In this document: one piece after another, positions 1 through 8,740 of the stretch
Numbering within the stretch: the stretch's first letter is position 1
Layout: each line of letters begins with the position of its first letter
From: Candidatus Harpocratesius repetitus
GTDB lineage: Archaea; Asgardarchaeota; Lokiarchaeia; Sigyniarchaeales; Promethearchaeaceae
DNA length: 32,000 bases
Direction: 5' to 3'
NCBI GenBank assembly: GCA_021498095.1
Contig: JAIZWK010000001.1
Span: 300,001 to 332,000 of the forward strand
Made by a program: the position numbers and the translations under genes
Notes under the pieces: generated by a model
Databases searched by the model: none
Seen by the model: only the letters and a program-made list of their open reading frames with translations
Told to the model about the DNA's origin: nothing

Positions 1-151
1 CTTCATCGGATGTTTCATATTGATTTAGATCTGCAGTTAAATTAGGATAAAGTAGGGGTAATCCAAAATACCCTCCCGCTCCAATAATTATCAATGTTAG
101 AAATACACTAATAATCACCGTTCCAAACATTGAAGATGAATTTTTCGCCAT
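1..151 (-). CDS. Partial (runs off the window edge) hypothetical protein with N-terminal signal anchor
   Basis: Read manually: ATG at 151 gives MAKNSSSMFGTVIISVFLTLIIIGAGGYFGLPLLYPNLTADLNQYETSDE, open to base 1, with one hydrophobic helix; purine-rich AAAAGGAAGG upstream. Confidence 0.7.
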   Translation of the reverse strand, partial: MAKNSSSMFGTVIISVFLTLIIIGAGGYFGLPLLYPNLTADLNQYETSDE

Positions 152-241
152 ATTTCTATCCTTCCTTTTAATTCATGTTATTTTTTTATTTACATCACAA
201 GGTATTCATATAGCTTTATTTCATGAAAAAAAATATATTAT

Positions 242-260
242 AAGTGAACAAATTTCACTT
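242..260. terminator. 7-bp inverted repeat (AAGTGAA-N5-TTCACTT): possible terminator of the 269-574 gene or an operator
   Basis: Perfect 7-bp arms 9 bp past the stop of the minus-strand ORF; function inferred. Confidence 0.3.
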
Positions 261-268
261 TATCAACG

Positions 269-574
269 TTAATTCTCTGCAGAAATCCGTCGAAGTTCAA
301 ATAATGCATTCAATTCATCCAATATTGCCCTCTTTGATGATTGAACATTTATTGGTTTAGGAGCAATTCTTGGAGGTAGTCTAAAATGTGGAGTAGATCT
401 TAAAGTACCAACTGTTGTACTAAGAGTAGAAGAAGGTAATTGTTTACGATTTACAGATATATCACCTTTCATGATTAATTGTTCAAAATTGTTGTTTAAT
501 TTCACTAACATATTGGACATTTGAGCGATCATTTCTTTTATATCTATAGATGTAGTCAAGGACATTCTGGGCAC
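269..574 (-). CDS. Small hypothetical protein: coiled-coil, S/T linker, Pro-rich segment, C-terminal WH2-like motif
   Basis: 101-aa ORF (GTG at 574, alternative ATG at 565), not overlapping other genes; C-terminus LPPRIAPKP...KRAILDELNALFELRRI. Confidence 0.65.
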   Translation of the reverse strand: MPRMSLTTSIDIKEMIAQMSNMLVKLNNNFEQLIMKGDISVNRKQLPSSTLSTTVGTLRSTPHFRLPPRIAPKPINVQSSKRAILDELNALFELRRISAEN

Positions 575-835
575 AAAACAGGTATTATTTCCAGTAATTA
601 CTCCATTCCATCTTCGATATTGATGTACAATGGCTCGAATAGTGGAAGATATTCTTTTTTAGGGCGTCCTAACATAGGATAACACATGATCAATGTGATT
701 TAAACATTTTCAAAATATCAGATTACGAACTGACTTGAAATAGATGCTTAAGATAGTGTACGCTTTGCTCATAAATTTCAACTAAATTGCCAAAAATAAA
801 TATTTGAAAGATTATTTGGGAATAATTTAAAAAAT

Positions 836-1405
836 ATGGCTTCTCTTAATCATACTATGGATAATTCCAAACTTTTATGGAAACAACGCCAAGAAAAAGT
901 GATATTCCGGAACCAATACATTGGGTTAAGAAATGATGAAGTTGAAAGACCTGACGGGGAATTGGGGCATTATATTGTTATTGAAAATCGGAATTTCGTA
1001 AATGTATTTTGTCATACTCCAAACAATACATTTTTGATGGTATATCAGTATCGTTATCCTTGGAAATGTTTTTCTTGGGAACCTCCATCCGGTATTATTG
1101 AAACAAGTAAAGGTGAAACACCTGAAGAAGCTGCTCGTCGTGAGGTAGAAGAAGAAACAGGATTTAGGGTAAAATCACTAATAAAGCTGGCAAAAGTTCA
1201 TCCATTTGCAATGTGTGCGGGATGGGCGCATGTATTTTATGCCGAAGTCGTTCACTCTGGAAATCAACATTTAGATCCAGGGGAATTTCTTATATTCGAG
1301 GAAAAAACACCAGTTCAAATTGAAAAATTAATTGAACAAGGCGTTTTTTTACATGGAATGTCGCTGTTAGGTTGGGAAATAGTCAAAAAACAGTTTTTAA
1401 AATAA
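836..1405 (+). CDS. Nudix hydrolase (ADP-ribose pyrophosphatase-like)
   Basis: Nudix box GIIETSKGETPEEAARREVEEETGF, plus upstream VYQYRYP and WEPPSG typical of the ADPRase subfamily. Confidence 0.92.
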   Translation: MASLNHTMDNSKLLWKQRQEKVIFRNQYIGLRNDEVERPDGELGHYIVIENRNFVNVFCHTPNNTFLMVYQYRYPWKCFSWEPPSGIIETSKGETPEEAARREVEEETGFRVKSLIKLAKVHPFAMCAGWAHVFYAEVVHSGNQHLDPGEFLIFEEKTPVQIEKLIEQGVFLHGMSLLGWEIVKKQFLK

Positions 1406-1552
1406 CATTCTTCAGTATTTAAAAGCATAGCAAAAGCTTTAATGCTCACCATATTGAATAAATATCTAAGAAACGCATTGTTCCATTCGCTCATATTATA
1501 ATTATTAAAGTATAAGAAATAAGTAAGATAAAAAAATAGGAGAAAAATAAAA

Positions 1553-1951
1553 GTGATCTTTACCGATGCTGATTTAATTCGCCTTCTTTTTACATTCTGG
1601 GCTGCTGCACATGTAGCACATTTAATTGCCTTTATTTTCGCCAATCTAGATGATATATTTATTTCAAAGATTTTCTTTTTAGGAGATCTTGCAGGATGGG
1701 GCTTAGTTTGTGGACTAACAGTACTTATGATTAATGTTTGGCAAGTACCACGCTGGATGATCTGGGGTTTCTACATTCTTCATATTCTCATAATCTCAAC
1801 TATCTTTTCTGATTTAGCTTTATATCAAGATTCAATCGCTTTAACAGATATCAAGGAATTAATTCGAGAAACGTTAATTGAATCCATCGTTATCCCATGG
1901 GGTGTAGGTATTGTGGTTGGCGTTATCAGCGCGGTGATTTTCGGGCTCTAA
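1553..1951 (+). CDS. Hypothetical membrane protein (~4 TM)
   Basis: 132-aa ORF with GTG start and several hydrophobic helices; start position uncertain. Confidence 0.7.
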   Translation: MIFTDADLIRLLFTFWAAAHVAHLIAFIFANLDDIFISKIFFLGDLAGWGLVCGLTVLMINVWQVPRWMIWGFYILHILIISTIFSDLALYQDSIALTDIKELIRETLIESIVIPWGVGIVVGVISAVIFGL

Positions 1952-2040
1952 AAATAAATTATAAGGATCGGGCTCCCTTACTTTAATAAGGTTCATGTGC
2001 GATATTATAATTAGTAACTGTTTAAGAATTGTGATTCATT

Positions 2041-2715
2041 ATGACACTACTTCAAATATTTCAAATTGCTGATGGAATCCTTGATCTCTGGGTTAAAGTC
2101 TTTGGTGATTCAGGGGCTTGGATGTTAATCTTCTGCGGCCTTATGGCACTTGTTTGGTTCTTTTATGAAGGTATGCGCCGAGGTTGGATCCGACGAAAGA
2201 AAGAAGATTGGGAAATGGATTCAGTATCCCGCTTTCTGAAATTCTTGATCTTTTTAGGCATTATATTAGGATTAATTAACGTAATTACTGCAGTTATAAC
2301 CATTTCCTTAGACATTCCTCCTTCCTATGCTTACCGTGATAATATCGGAAATCATTATGACTTACTTACTAGTATTAGTTTACTTGTAATGGGTCTTGCG
2401 ATGTTTATTAAACCACTACAAGATGTACCAATTGCAACAATTGTTGGTCTTATTGCTGGAGCAGCTGTAGCTTTATTACTCGCAATGGTAATTCCATCTG
2501 GATTTGTCTCTGATTCTACCTTAAAATGGATATTGGTTATTGTTTTTGTGGCAATAACAAGTATTGTTGGAGCACTTTTGAAGGTATGGGTAGATGGAAT
2601 TGAAGCAATTGCCAAACTTCTATCTTGGCCTCCAGTAGCATTAATTCTAGCCGCTTACTGCATTGTGCAAGGAATATTTGTATTGGTTGGCGGAAATACT
2701 TTGGTTAAATTCTAA
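2041..2715 (+). CDS. Hypothetical polytopic membrane protein (~6-7 TM)
   Basis: 224-aa ORF, alternating hydrophobic helices and short charged loops. Confidence 0.8.
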   Translation: MTLLQIFQIADGILDLWVKVFGDSGAWMLIFCGLMALVWFFYEGMRRGWIRRKKEDWEMDSVSRFLKFLIFLGIILGLINVITAVITISLDIPPSYAYRDNIGNHYDLLTSISLLVMGLAMFIKPLQDVPIATIVGLIAGAAVALLLAMVIPSGFVSDSTLKWILVIVFVAITSIVGALLKVWVDGIEAIAKLLSWPPVALILAAYCIVQGIFVLVGGNTLVKF

Positions 2716-2778
2716 GAAACAAAAAAATCGTCTAAATCATTTTTTCCTTAATTTTAATTTGCTTTATTTAAATCCTTA

Positions 2779-2794
2779 TTTCAATATATTGAAA
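2779..2794. promoter_or_regulatory. 16-bp perfect palindrome TTTCAATATATTGAAA upstream of the NikR-family gene; candidate operator overlapping a TATA-like element
   Basis: Perfect palindrome ending 47 bp before the ATG at 2842; function inferred. Confidence 0.4.
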
Positions 2795-2841
2795 GAAGGA
2801 GATTTTTAAGGGGAGCCTTTTTGTATTAAGATAGAGTATTC

Positions 2842-3495
2842 ATGGGAGAAAAAAAGAAAGATTACGTGCGATTTTCAGTATCAGTTCCAAGCGATCTTAA
2901 TGAAGAATTTGAAATGTTGCGAACAAAAATTCATTTAAGCAGATCAGATGCGATTCGTCGTGGAATGCGTTTGCTAATTAATGCAAATGTGGAACAAATT
3001 AGCAAAGCTGAAGATATTGAGGTGCTAGGAACTATTGCATATATTGAAAAAGCACATGTTCATTCAATCTCGCCTAAATCGTCTGTTAAGCCTCAAAGTA
3101 ATATAAACATGAATTCACTGAAAGCTTCTGAGAAGGATTCAAGAATCGAACATAACCATATTCATGATCACAAGCACATCAATGATCATAATCATATTCT
3201 TGAACCTCTTTCCCATTCTATACAACAAAAAGGAGAAATTTCAGGAGAACAATATTATTTTCCTGTAGATCAATTAGAATTCATCCAAATTAACGATCTA
3301 CAACATAAGTTTTTAGAAGAAATCATTTCAACGACTCATATTCATGCCAGTCGTGAAAAATGCATGATTTTAATAGCAGTTAAGGGTAAACTTACACGTA
3401 TTAACGCTTTGATGCAAAAGTTAAAATCATTCAAAACAATTCAAAATCTTCAATTTTTAGCATTAGAAAAGTATTCAATTAATAAAAATAACTAA
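2842..3495 (+). CDS. nikR: NikR-family nickel-responsive ribbon-helix-helix regulator with His-rich insertion
   Basis: N-terminal RHH (VRFSVSVPSDL...SRSDAIRRGMR); C-terminal ACT-like domain with QH...HIH...C ligand pattern (LQHKFLEEIISTTHIHASREKC). Confidence 0.82.
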   Translation: MGEKKKDYVRFSVSVPSDLNEEFEMLRTKIHLSRSDAIRRGMRLLINANVEQISKAEDIEVLGTIAYIEKAHVHSISPKSSVKPQSNINMNSLKASEKDSRIEHNHIHDHKHINDHNHILEPLSHSIQQKGEISGEQYYFPVDQLEFIQINDLQHKFLEEIISTTHIHASREKCMILIAVKGKLTRINALMQKLKSFKTIQNLQFLALEKYSINKNN

Positions 3496-3878
3496 TAAAT
3501 AAAAGAAATTCAAATGTTATTATAAGAGGGTATTTTAAATTTCAAAGATTCGAAGTTTTTCATTCCTTCAACTTGATTCTTCCGACTCAAATCCAAAATA
3601 TCCCTCCATATTTTTTGTCGATTTAACCAAGGGGCCAAATTCAAGATAGGTAAATCAAGAATTATAATAAAATCGACTTCAGATTGAAGAATTTATAAGC
3701 AGGATGGTAAATTTTTAACAAATTCTTTGAAAAAATCGAGTTCGACAAAAAAAGAATTGCGATATTTCAGATTTAAGTCGGATATATATAAATGATATTC
3801 AAAAAAGCGTTTAAATTAGAATAGATAAAAGATCCTCATAAAATCAAATATAGAAATTTAAAGAATATTAAATCTTTT

Positions 3879-4220
3879 TTATCCGCCATGGAGAGATGAA
3901 ATTAGCGTTATACTACATGGTTGGTTAATTTTTTTGTTTAATCCACCTGCTAAATTTATATCAACATCATCAATCAAACATATTATCCCAACTTCCAATT
4001 GATTTCCTGCCTCATTTAAAATATGGGTCTTTTTTGGTAAAAAATAGGTTTCTTGAAGTTTTTGTAAGGCAATTTTTAATCTTATTCCACTTTCTAAAGA
4101 AAGTTCTATCTCGGAAGTTCCAACAATATTGCGGATAGTAGAAAAAAATCGAAATTTAATATTAATGAGTGAATTCAATTCAACAGAATCTGAATTTGAT
4201 TCTAAACTTTTTTGAGTCAT
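3879..4220 (-). CDS. Ubiquitin-fold sulfur carrier/modifier, MoaD/ThiS/Urm1 family
   Basis: Beta-grasp pattern (IKFRFFSTIRNIVG...) and C-terminal ISSLHGG diglycine. Start uncertain (ATG at 4220, TTG at 4244). Confidence 0.85.
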   Translation of the reverse strand: MTQKSLESNSDSVELNSLINIKFRFFSTIRNIVGTSEIELSLESGIRLKIALQKLQETYFLPKKTHILNEAGNQLEVGIICLIDDVDINLAGGLNKKINQPCSITLISSLHGG

Positions 4221-4340
4221 TATGAAAGATAATGGAAGATCCAAAAAAAACTTATCAAGATTTGATTATCATCGCAAGAAGAATTTTAAATAGATAGAAA
4301 GCGAAAATTACATACTAAATATTTTTTTGGGTGAAACCAT

Positions 4341-5858
4341 ATGGCCAATTTTTGGACTGAAGTCGATGAGAATTTAAAAAGAGGAAAGGGGGATAAATTA
4401 GTAAAGGTTCGAGCAAAGGATTTAAGCGATTTGCGAAGCAAGATGAGTGAATTAGAAAATGAAATCAGCACCGCTCAAAATAGAATCCAAACACTAACTG
4501 AGATCAAGCTAGATTTGACTCGTCAAATAGATATATTACAACAAAGTAAGGTTTCACTCGATAATACTATACAAAATCAACTTCAAACCCAGACGGAAAT
4601 GATTCAGGAATTAGAAAAGGAAATTCAAGAATATCAAACAAAATTAGCAGCACTACAAACAAAAGCAACGAAAAAAGACCGACTAATAATTGAATTCAAA
4701 CAAAAATTAGATGAAGCGATAAATAAAATTAAGTCTCAAGTTGCTGAAATAGAACAACAGAAACAACAAATAGCAACTCTAGAAAGTCAAATTAGTAAAT
4801 TAAATACTCAAGTATCTGAATCTGAAAATCAAGTAGCCCTAGAACAAAAAATCGATGAGTTATTAAGAATTCAAAAGCGATTGGAGACAGATTTAAAAGA
4901 AAGAGATCAAAAAATTCAAGTTTTGCAGTCACAATTAGAGAATACTAAATCAAATGAAGAAATTGCTGATCTACAAAACCAAGTTTTATCTATTCAAACA
5001 GAATTAGAGCGAAAAGAACTTGAATGGAAACAAGAACGGCAGAATTTTGAAATAATGGAGCAATCCATGAAAGAACAATTGCAAATTGCTCAAATAAAAA
5101 TAAATGAAATTGAAGAAAGTAAAAAATTAGCAGAAGAACAATTTGAAAAAGAGATTTTGCAATTAAGAAACACCCACCAAGAAGAACTTGAATTAATTCA
5201 ATCAGAAACAAATTTGAAACCTTCAGAAACAGAAGGAACAGCCGCAGGAAAAAATGCAGATCCACAAGTTCATGATTTAATTAGAAAATTGCGAATATCA
5301 AATGCCAAAATGCAAGAATATCAATTGAAAGCACGAAAGTCGTTAAAATCACTTCGATCTTTAGAAGATAAATCAAAGAAACTAGAAAAAGAACTCGCAC
5401 GAATTCAAAAAAATTCAATTCCGAAAAGAGATTACGATCTTTTGCAGAAAAACTATCAAGAAATGAAATCAAAACTTGAATCATTAGCCCAAAATCGTGA
5501 ATTACTTCTTAGTGAAAATGAATCACTAAGAATCCAATTAGAATCCAAACAACCAAGTGAAATTGAAGTTAGAGCAACTAAAGCAACTCCATCTGCAAAA
5601 ATTAAAGCACCAACAATAGGCAAAATTAAACAACCACCTGTTAAAAAACCTTCTAGAAGAAAGAAAAAGCCAATACGACATATTGAAGAACCACCAGTTG
5701 AAATTGTTCATGTTAAGCATATAGGACGACGTAAATGTCCTCATTGTGGAAGTACAAAATTAAAAGTAATTGAAGATAAATCAACAATAATTTCATATGT
5801 ACCTCAAGTAGTCTATGCCAAGAAGACTGTTTGTACTCAATGTGGATATATTTTCTAA
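4341..5858 (+). CDS. Long coiled-coil protein with Pro/Lys-rich linker and C-terminal C4 zinc ribbon
   Basis: About 400 aa of E/K/Q/L heptad-like sequence, then a basic Pro-rich linker, then CPHCGS...CTQCGYIF. Confidence 0.88.
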   Translation: MANFWTEVDENLKRGKGDKLVKVRAKDLSDLRSKMSELENEISTAQNRIQTLTEIKLDLTRQIDILQQSKVSLDNTIQNQLQTQTEMIQELEKEIQEYQTKLAALQTKATKKDRLIIEFKQKLDEAINKIKSQVAEIEQQKQQIATLESQISKLNTQVSESENQVALEQKIDELLRIQKRLETDLKERDQKIQVLQSQLENTKSNEEIADLQNQVLSIQTELERKELEWKQERQNFEIMEQSMKEQLQIAQIKINEIEESKKLAEEQFEKEILQLRNTHQEELELIQSETNLKPSETEGTAAGKNADPQVHDLIRKLRISNAKMQEYQLKARKSLKSLRSLEDKSKKLEKELARIQKNSIPKRDYDLLQKNYQEMKSKLESLAQNRELLLSENESLRIQLESKQPSEIEVRATKATPSAKIKAPTIGKIKQPPVKKPSRRKKKPIRHIEEPPVEIVHVKHIGRRKCPHCGSTKLKVIEDKSTIISYVPQVVYAKKTVCTQCGYIF

Positions 5859-6046
5859 TTAGAACAAACCTATCAACAGCTTATCAACGTTGGAGAATAA
5901 AGCCAATCATTAAAAAAATTATCCATTTTTCCACTTTTTAAGAATTATATTTAATTGAATATGAAATCCACTCTAATGAGTACTGGTGTATTCAAAAAAG
6001 TTATAAAGATTTCATTTTTAGAAATAAATAGGATTTATAAATAAAG

Positions 6047-8692
6047 ATGAATTACATGCTAAGTAAAAAAAAAAAGTCGAAAAACTGGATTATTATCGGT
6101 TCAGTTCTACTAATACTTCTTGTTCCCGGAGTTTTCATAATATCTAATCGAAATCATATTTTTTATGATTCAAAAACTGAAGCAAAATTGATTTATAATT
6201 ATAGCGATTCAAAAATTGAATCAACAAAAACCTTTGATGAAAATATACCACATAAATCATCTGGTACCGAAATCTCTTCATTTAATTATGGTTCTGATGA
6301 TATTATAAAATCAATCCCGATTACTACAAAAAATGGAGATTTTATAATTCTTGGTAACAGAGGTGACGTAAATCCGAATTTTTTTATTGTTAAATATCCG
6401 AATGAGATGGAAAATCAATTCATTACTCCAACAGATGAATATATTATAGATACAAAATTATATCCAGAAAATTCTGAAACGAATATTTTTGTAATCGAAA
6501 ATACTAAAGAAAATTCAATCAACAAAGTTTGTTATTTCAGTATTGAATTGGAAAATTTGCAAAAAAACTATGAAAACCAAATTTCCCTTGGTGATAATTG
6601 TTGGTGTAAACAAATGATTTCTCTTCCAAATGGGAATCTTTTAATATTAATTAAGAGTATCGAAAATTCCATAGAATCTTTAAATTTATTCGAAATCAAT
6701 TTAAATTCTGGAGTTATTGAAAACCAAAAAACGTTTCCTCATTTTTCAAATAATGTTCTCTCTGATATTGAATTGGGAAGCCTCAATTACATTAGTATAA
6801 TCAATACAGATGAAATTCTTCTAGTTGCAGAAAATCACACCAAAGCAGATGCAGGAATTGTTTTATCAAAAGGTATTTTTGGAGAATCATGGACTAATGT
6901 TTCAATTCATGGAGATTTAGAGTTAATAGGTTCAATACTTGATTCTGATAACAATTTGTATCTTGCTTTAAAATATGATAACTCATTATCAAATCAAAAT
7001 GAATTGAGCATTCTTAAATATTCATCAACACTTTCACTTTTAAATAATGCTACTTTAAAGGATCCATCAAAATCATACAATCTTATTGACTTCAGGCTTG
7101 GAACAATAGATAATTATGGCTGTCCTTTTATTGTCTATAGTATATGGGATTCATCGGCAAATTATGGATTAGGTTTCAGTTTTGTTCAAGGAAATTCCTT
7201 TTTATCACAAATCGAAAAGAATCCTAATGATACTTATGAATATTTTCTTAACGGAATTTCACTCTTTAATAATGGAGATATTTGTCTTGCGATATCTTCA
7301 ATACATTCCAGCGATATAGTAGCAATTATATTATATCGAGTCAATAAATTCAATAATTATTATTACAATTTTCCTGAGTATTCATATTCACAATTTTCAC
7401 TTTTTACAGTTATTGGTGAATCATCTGATGAGCAATTAGTATTTATAGGAATTCAAGATTTTGGGAATTCAGGAGTAATAGAACTTGACAAATTTTTAAA
7501 TGGTATCGTTCTGCAGATTAATCTAGATAGCAATGAAGTGTGTAAATCAACAATAATTCAAGATGATTCAGAGGAATATATATTATTCTATGGATATCAA
7601 GGAGATTATTTTAGCAATAATGCAAATGCAATTATTGAAATGTATCATACCTCTGGAACTAAGATTATATCGCTTACTCTTGAGAATTTACCAGGATATT
7701 CTCAAACTTGGGAGTGGTTGCATTTTGATTCAGGAACTATTTATCTTGCAGGTTCAATTTCCCAATATGATATAACTACTTACCCATCATTATTGATTGG
7801 AATTCTGACAATTGATAACCTAAAGAATGGCATGATTTATAGTTCAAATATTGAAATACATAATATAGATCAAGTAAACAATTATAAACAGATAGGTATT
7901 CTCAAAGGTTCAGGAAATGAGCAAGATCCTTATATTATTGAAAATTTGATAATTGATGGAAATAGGGAATCAGTTAAAGGAGATCAATCTGGAATAGATA
8001 TTACTTATTCTGATTATTGGTTTATTATCCGTAATTGTGAAATTTGCAATCTTGAAGAAAGTAATACAGACACTGCAGGAATCTCAATTTCAAACTGTGA
8101 TTTTGTCTTAATTACCAACAACACAATTAGTAATTGTGATAATGGAATTAAAATCTACAATTCAAATAATGGCACAATCTCAGCCAATAATATTAATTCA
8201 TGTCAATATAACGGAATAATCATAACAGACAATTTTGACGGAGATGGCAGCAATGGAAATATAATTTATGATAATTCAATTACAAATACAGAAAATGCAA
8301 TAGAAGTTTGGTATGGAAATGGAATATGGCTTGCATCTGGTGAACACACATTAATATACAATAATACAATTACACAGAATGCCAATTATGGAATATATAT
8401 CGACAATGCATGGAATTATGACGAAAATCCCAAAGTGCAACATTCAAGAATTCATGATAACAATCTAAATAATAATCGAGAACCCTATAATTCTGGCATG
8501 GATGAAAGATGTGATAATAGATTATGGAATAATATAGGTGCTGATGATTTTCCTGAAGCGACTAATTATTATGAAAATATTAATATTCCTGGCTATTCTT
8601 TAGGATTAATATTATCTACCAATTTTTGTTTGATTTCATTCTTATTTGTTGCAACAAAAATAATTATAAAGAAAGAAAAAAGAAGTAGTTGA
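6047..8692 (+). CDS. Cell-surface protein with right-handed parallel beta-helix (NosD-like) repeats and IPGY C-terminal sorting/anchor segment
   Basis: N-terminal hydrophobic helix; beta-rich middle; repeats like GIxIxNSNNGTISANNI and IYNNTITQNANYGIYI; C-terminus IPGYSLGLIL...TM...KKEKRSS. Confidence 0.85.
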   Translation: MNYMLSKKKKSKNWIIIGSVLLILLVPGVFIISNRNHIFYDSKTEAKLIYNYSDSKIESTKTFDENIPHKSSGTEISSFNYGSDDIIKSIPITTKNGDFIILGNRGDVNPNFFIVKYPNEMENQFITPTDEYIIDTKLYPENSETNIFVIENTKENSINKVCYFSIELENLQKNYENQISLGDNCWCKQMISLPNGNLLILIKSIENSIESLNLFEINLNSGVIENQKTFPHFSNNVLSDIELGSLNYISIINTDEILLVAENHTKADAGIVLSKGIFGESWTNVSIHGDLELIGSILDSDNNLYLALKYDNSLSNQNELSILKYSSTLSLLNNATLKDPSKSYNLIDFRLGTIDNYGCPFIVYSIWDSSANYGLGFSFVQGNSFLSQIEKNPNDTYEYFLNGISLFNNGDICLAISSIHSSDIVAIILYRVNKFNNYYYNFPEYSYSQFSLFTVIGESSDEQLVFIGIQDFGNSGVIELDKFLNGIVLQINLDSNEVCKSTIIQDDSEEYILFYGYQGDYFSNNANAIIEMYHTSGTKIISLTLENLPGYSQTWEWLHFDSGTIYLAGSISQYDITTYPSLLIGILTIDNLKNGMIYSSNIEIHNIDQVNNYKQIGILKGSGNEQDPYIIENLIIDGNRESVKGDQSGIDITYSDYWFIIRNCEICNLEESNTDTAGISISNCDFVLITNNTISNCDNGIKIYNSNNGTISANNINSCQYNGIIITDNFDGDGSNGNIIYDNSITNTENAIEVWYGNGIWLASGEHTLIYNNTITQNANYGIYIDNAWNYDENPKVQHSRIHDNNLNNNREPYNSGMDERCDNRLWNNIGADDFPEATNYYENINIPGYSLGLILSTNFCLISFLFVATKIIIKKEKRSS

Positions 8693-8702
8693 TGGTGTAA
8701 TG

Positions 8703-8722
8703 ATGCTCTTTTTTGAGAGCAT
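8703..8722. terminator. Hairpin (ATGCTCT-N6-AGAGCAT) followed by a T-tract, between convergent genes
   Basis: 7-bp stem followed by TTTAATTTTTTATTTTTT, between stops at 8692 (+) and 8741 (-). Confidence 0.55.
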
Positions 8723-8740
8723 TTTAATTTTTTATTTTTT

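Noticed and set aside
548-700. Frame upstream of ORF 269-574 reading MLGRPKKEY...GME*LLEIIPVLCPECP-TGA (possible Zn-finger remnant or Sec readthrough)
   Set aside because: Interrupted by TAA, very short after the TGA, and no SECIS-like support; indistinguishable from chance.
1090-1170. Two-residue insertion in the Nudix box (GX7E instead of GX5E)
   Set aside because: The catalytic REUXEEXGU part is intact and small insertions in this loop are ordinary.
1315-1644. Minus-strand ORF with a CxxC (KCATC)
   Set aside because: Overlaps both the Nudix gene and the 1553-1951 gene on the opposite strand; no coherent domain.
4286-5744. Several hydrophobic minus-strand ORFs (4286-4471, 4990-5265, 5281-5484, 5538-5744)
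   Set aside because: Antisense shadows of the A-rich coiled-coil gene; F/L richness is a complement artefact.
4341-5858. SMC/Rad50 assignment for the coiled-coil protein
   Set aside because: No Walker A/B or ABC signature, and no central hinge or zinc-hook arrangement.
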